Assembly (NCBI GenBank): GCA_031835245.2
Contig: JAVKOQ020000002.1
Coordinates: 1-64,000 of the forward strand
DNA from: Balamuthia mandrillaris
Lineage: Eukaryota
Length of the DNA stretch: 64,000 nucleotides
Direction: 5' to 3'
In this document: in pieces, positions 62,669 through 64,000 of the stretch
How the letters are laid out: each line of letters starts with the position of its first letter
Position numbering within the stretch: position 1 is the first letter of the stretch
Made by a program: the position numbers and the translations under genes
Notes under the pieces: model-generated
What the model was told of the DNA's origin: nothing
Database searches by the model: none
The model's input: the letters and a program-made list of their open reading frames with translations, nothing else

Positions 62669-62902
62669 TCACTCTTCAGAAAGAGGATGATACCGAACCA
62701 ATCGCTTCAGTGGTTCTGAAAAGAGAGAGCATAGCTCTGGCGGCATTCTGGTCTCGGACATGCGAGGGTCCATTCGTTTCACCTCGGCGCTTAGGTATTG
62801 TCCCAACAATGCTGCTCTTGGCCGATTGGTCTAACATACCGCAACGTGAGAAACAAAACAGGGACATAAATAGAGCGAGAGACAAGGAGGGAAGAGGGAG
62901 AG

Positions 62903-62945
<43 letters not shown>

Positions 62946-63356
62946 AAAGAAGAAAGAGAGGGAGGGAGGGAGAGGGAGAGCAAACGTTGTTAGCTCCAGA
63001 GGCGTGCCACACGCGTCCATTCGAGATGATTATGGAGCCAGCTTTGCACGTTATCCTCGTTGCCTCCTTCCAAAAGTTTGTCGGTTTGTCATGCCAATAG
63101 TCCTTCGGCGAGAGTTGACTGTTGGGAAGCATCCAGGTGGCTCCGTTTTCCTCCGTAAAGTCCTCCAAGGCGATGATGGTCTGTACCTCAAAGATGTGGC
63201 TGGCGAGGTCCGGTCGGTGGGCCATGTTCAGACGCTCCGCCTCCGGAACGCTCCAGTAGGGATAATCCTGATGGACTTTGCCGGCTGGGCAGCCGGATAG
63301 CAATATATTTCCTGCGTAACTGCCTATTATACAATCCTTGTTGCAACGAGAAATAT

Positions 63357-63392
<36 letters not shown>

Positions 63393-64000
63393 AATGAAGA
63401 GAAGGCTGGCCCTGAAGCAAGAAGAAAGAAGAAGGCGAAGAACAAGATAGCAAAAAGGTGAGGACGAACTTCTCCAAGGATCTTATAACAGGCATCCAAA
63501 ACAAGTGGAACCACGGCGAGATGATGGAAAACCTCTCCTAATGGCAAAACACTTCGCACACGTCGTTGCCTCGCTCCCATTTCTGCTCTCCAGGTCCATC
63601 TGTGCACCCCGTCCAAAGGCTTCGCCTGACGTACCATCGTTTGGCCCATTAGCAGCCTTTGTGTTTTTTTTTCAAAACGAAGAAGGCCTTGAAGTCAGAC
63701 TACAAAAGAGAGGAATCAACAAGTGAAATAACCTGCGGGTTTCTTGGATGAGCTCAATTGGAACGGCATCTTGAATGACGGCCCACCCTTTGCCATGAAG
63801 CAGCTCCTCGACGATGTCTTCTGCATCCACTTTCGGTGTCTCTGAAAACACCAACGACGCGGTATACTGTATAGAAGAAGCAGGAGAAAGGTGAACAAGA
63901 AGCAAATAAAGCACAACAGAAAACGGCCAACGGGAATGCAAAAAACTTGGACGACAACAAGGACGTTGGTGGAAACAAAGAGACCTGCAATGAAGAGGAG
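62669..64000 (-). CDS. Phytanoyl-CoA dioxygenase (PhyH)-family Fe/2OG oxygenase, 5' end probably beyond the window
   Basis: VHQDYPYW (HxD), ALEDFTEENGATWMLPNS, WHASGAN, TNRPRAALL. Confidence 0.88.

Noticed and set aside
1..64000. tRNA, rRNA or snRNA genes
   Set aside because: None recognised by eye; tRNAscan-SE or Infernal would be needed to exclude them.

Overview
Eukaryotic genomic DNA with short GT-AG introns. The gene content (receptor and SAM/MORN tyrosine-kinase-like proteins, a CLU-domain protein, GA/GAA-filled introns) suggests a free-living amoebozoan such as Balamuthia or Acanthamoeba; this is inference. Bases 1-24,070 are a CpG-depleted block of nested transposons. A chromodomain Gypsy element (3487-15562) sits in a satellite and contains an antisense Copia (5068-11560), which in turn contains a 1.5-kb piggyBac-like element with ATAT target duplication (7728-9227). 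Next come a Penelope-like retroelement with an N-terminal GIY-YIG and a separate GRF-zinc-finger ORF1 (16821-22758) and a Gypsy remnant. The TE ORFs checked stay largely in frame but carry TGA stops best explained as CGA>TGA. Bases 24,100-64,000 are gene-dense and CpG-rich, with 14 genes. The most unusual are a divergent intronless pair of bacterial-type genes (secreted SIMPL/BP26 and a 13-Cys Dps-like protein lacking ferroxidase residues) and a NECAP-PH + F-box + degenerate Rho GTPase fusion. Exon boundaries were read by eye and are approximate. Family assignments come from motif recognition, not database searches.
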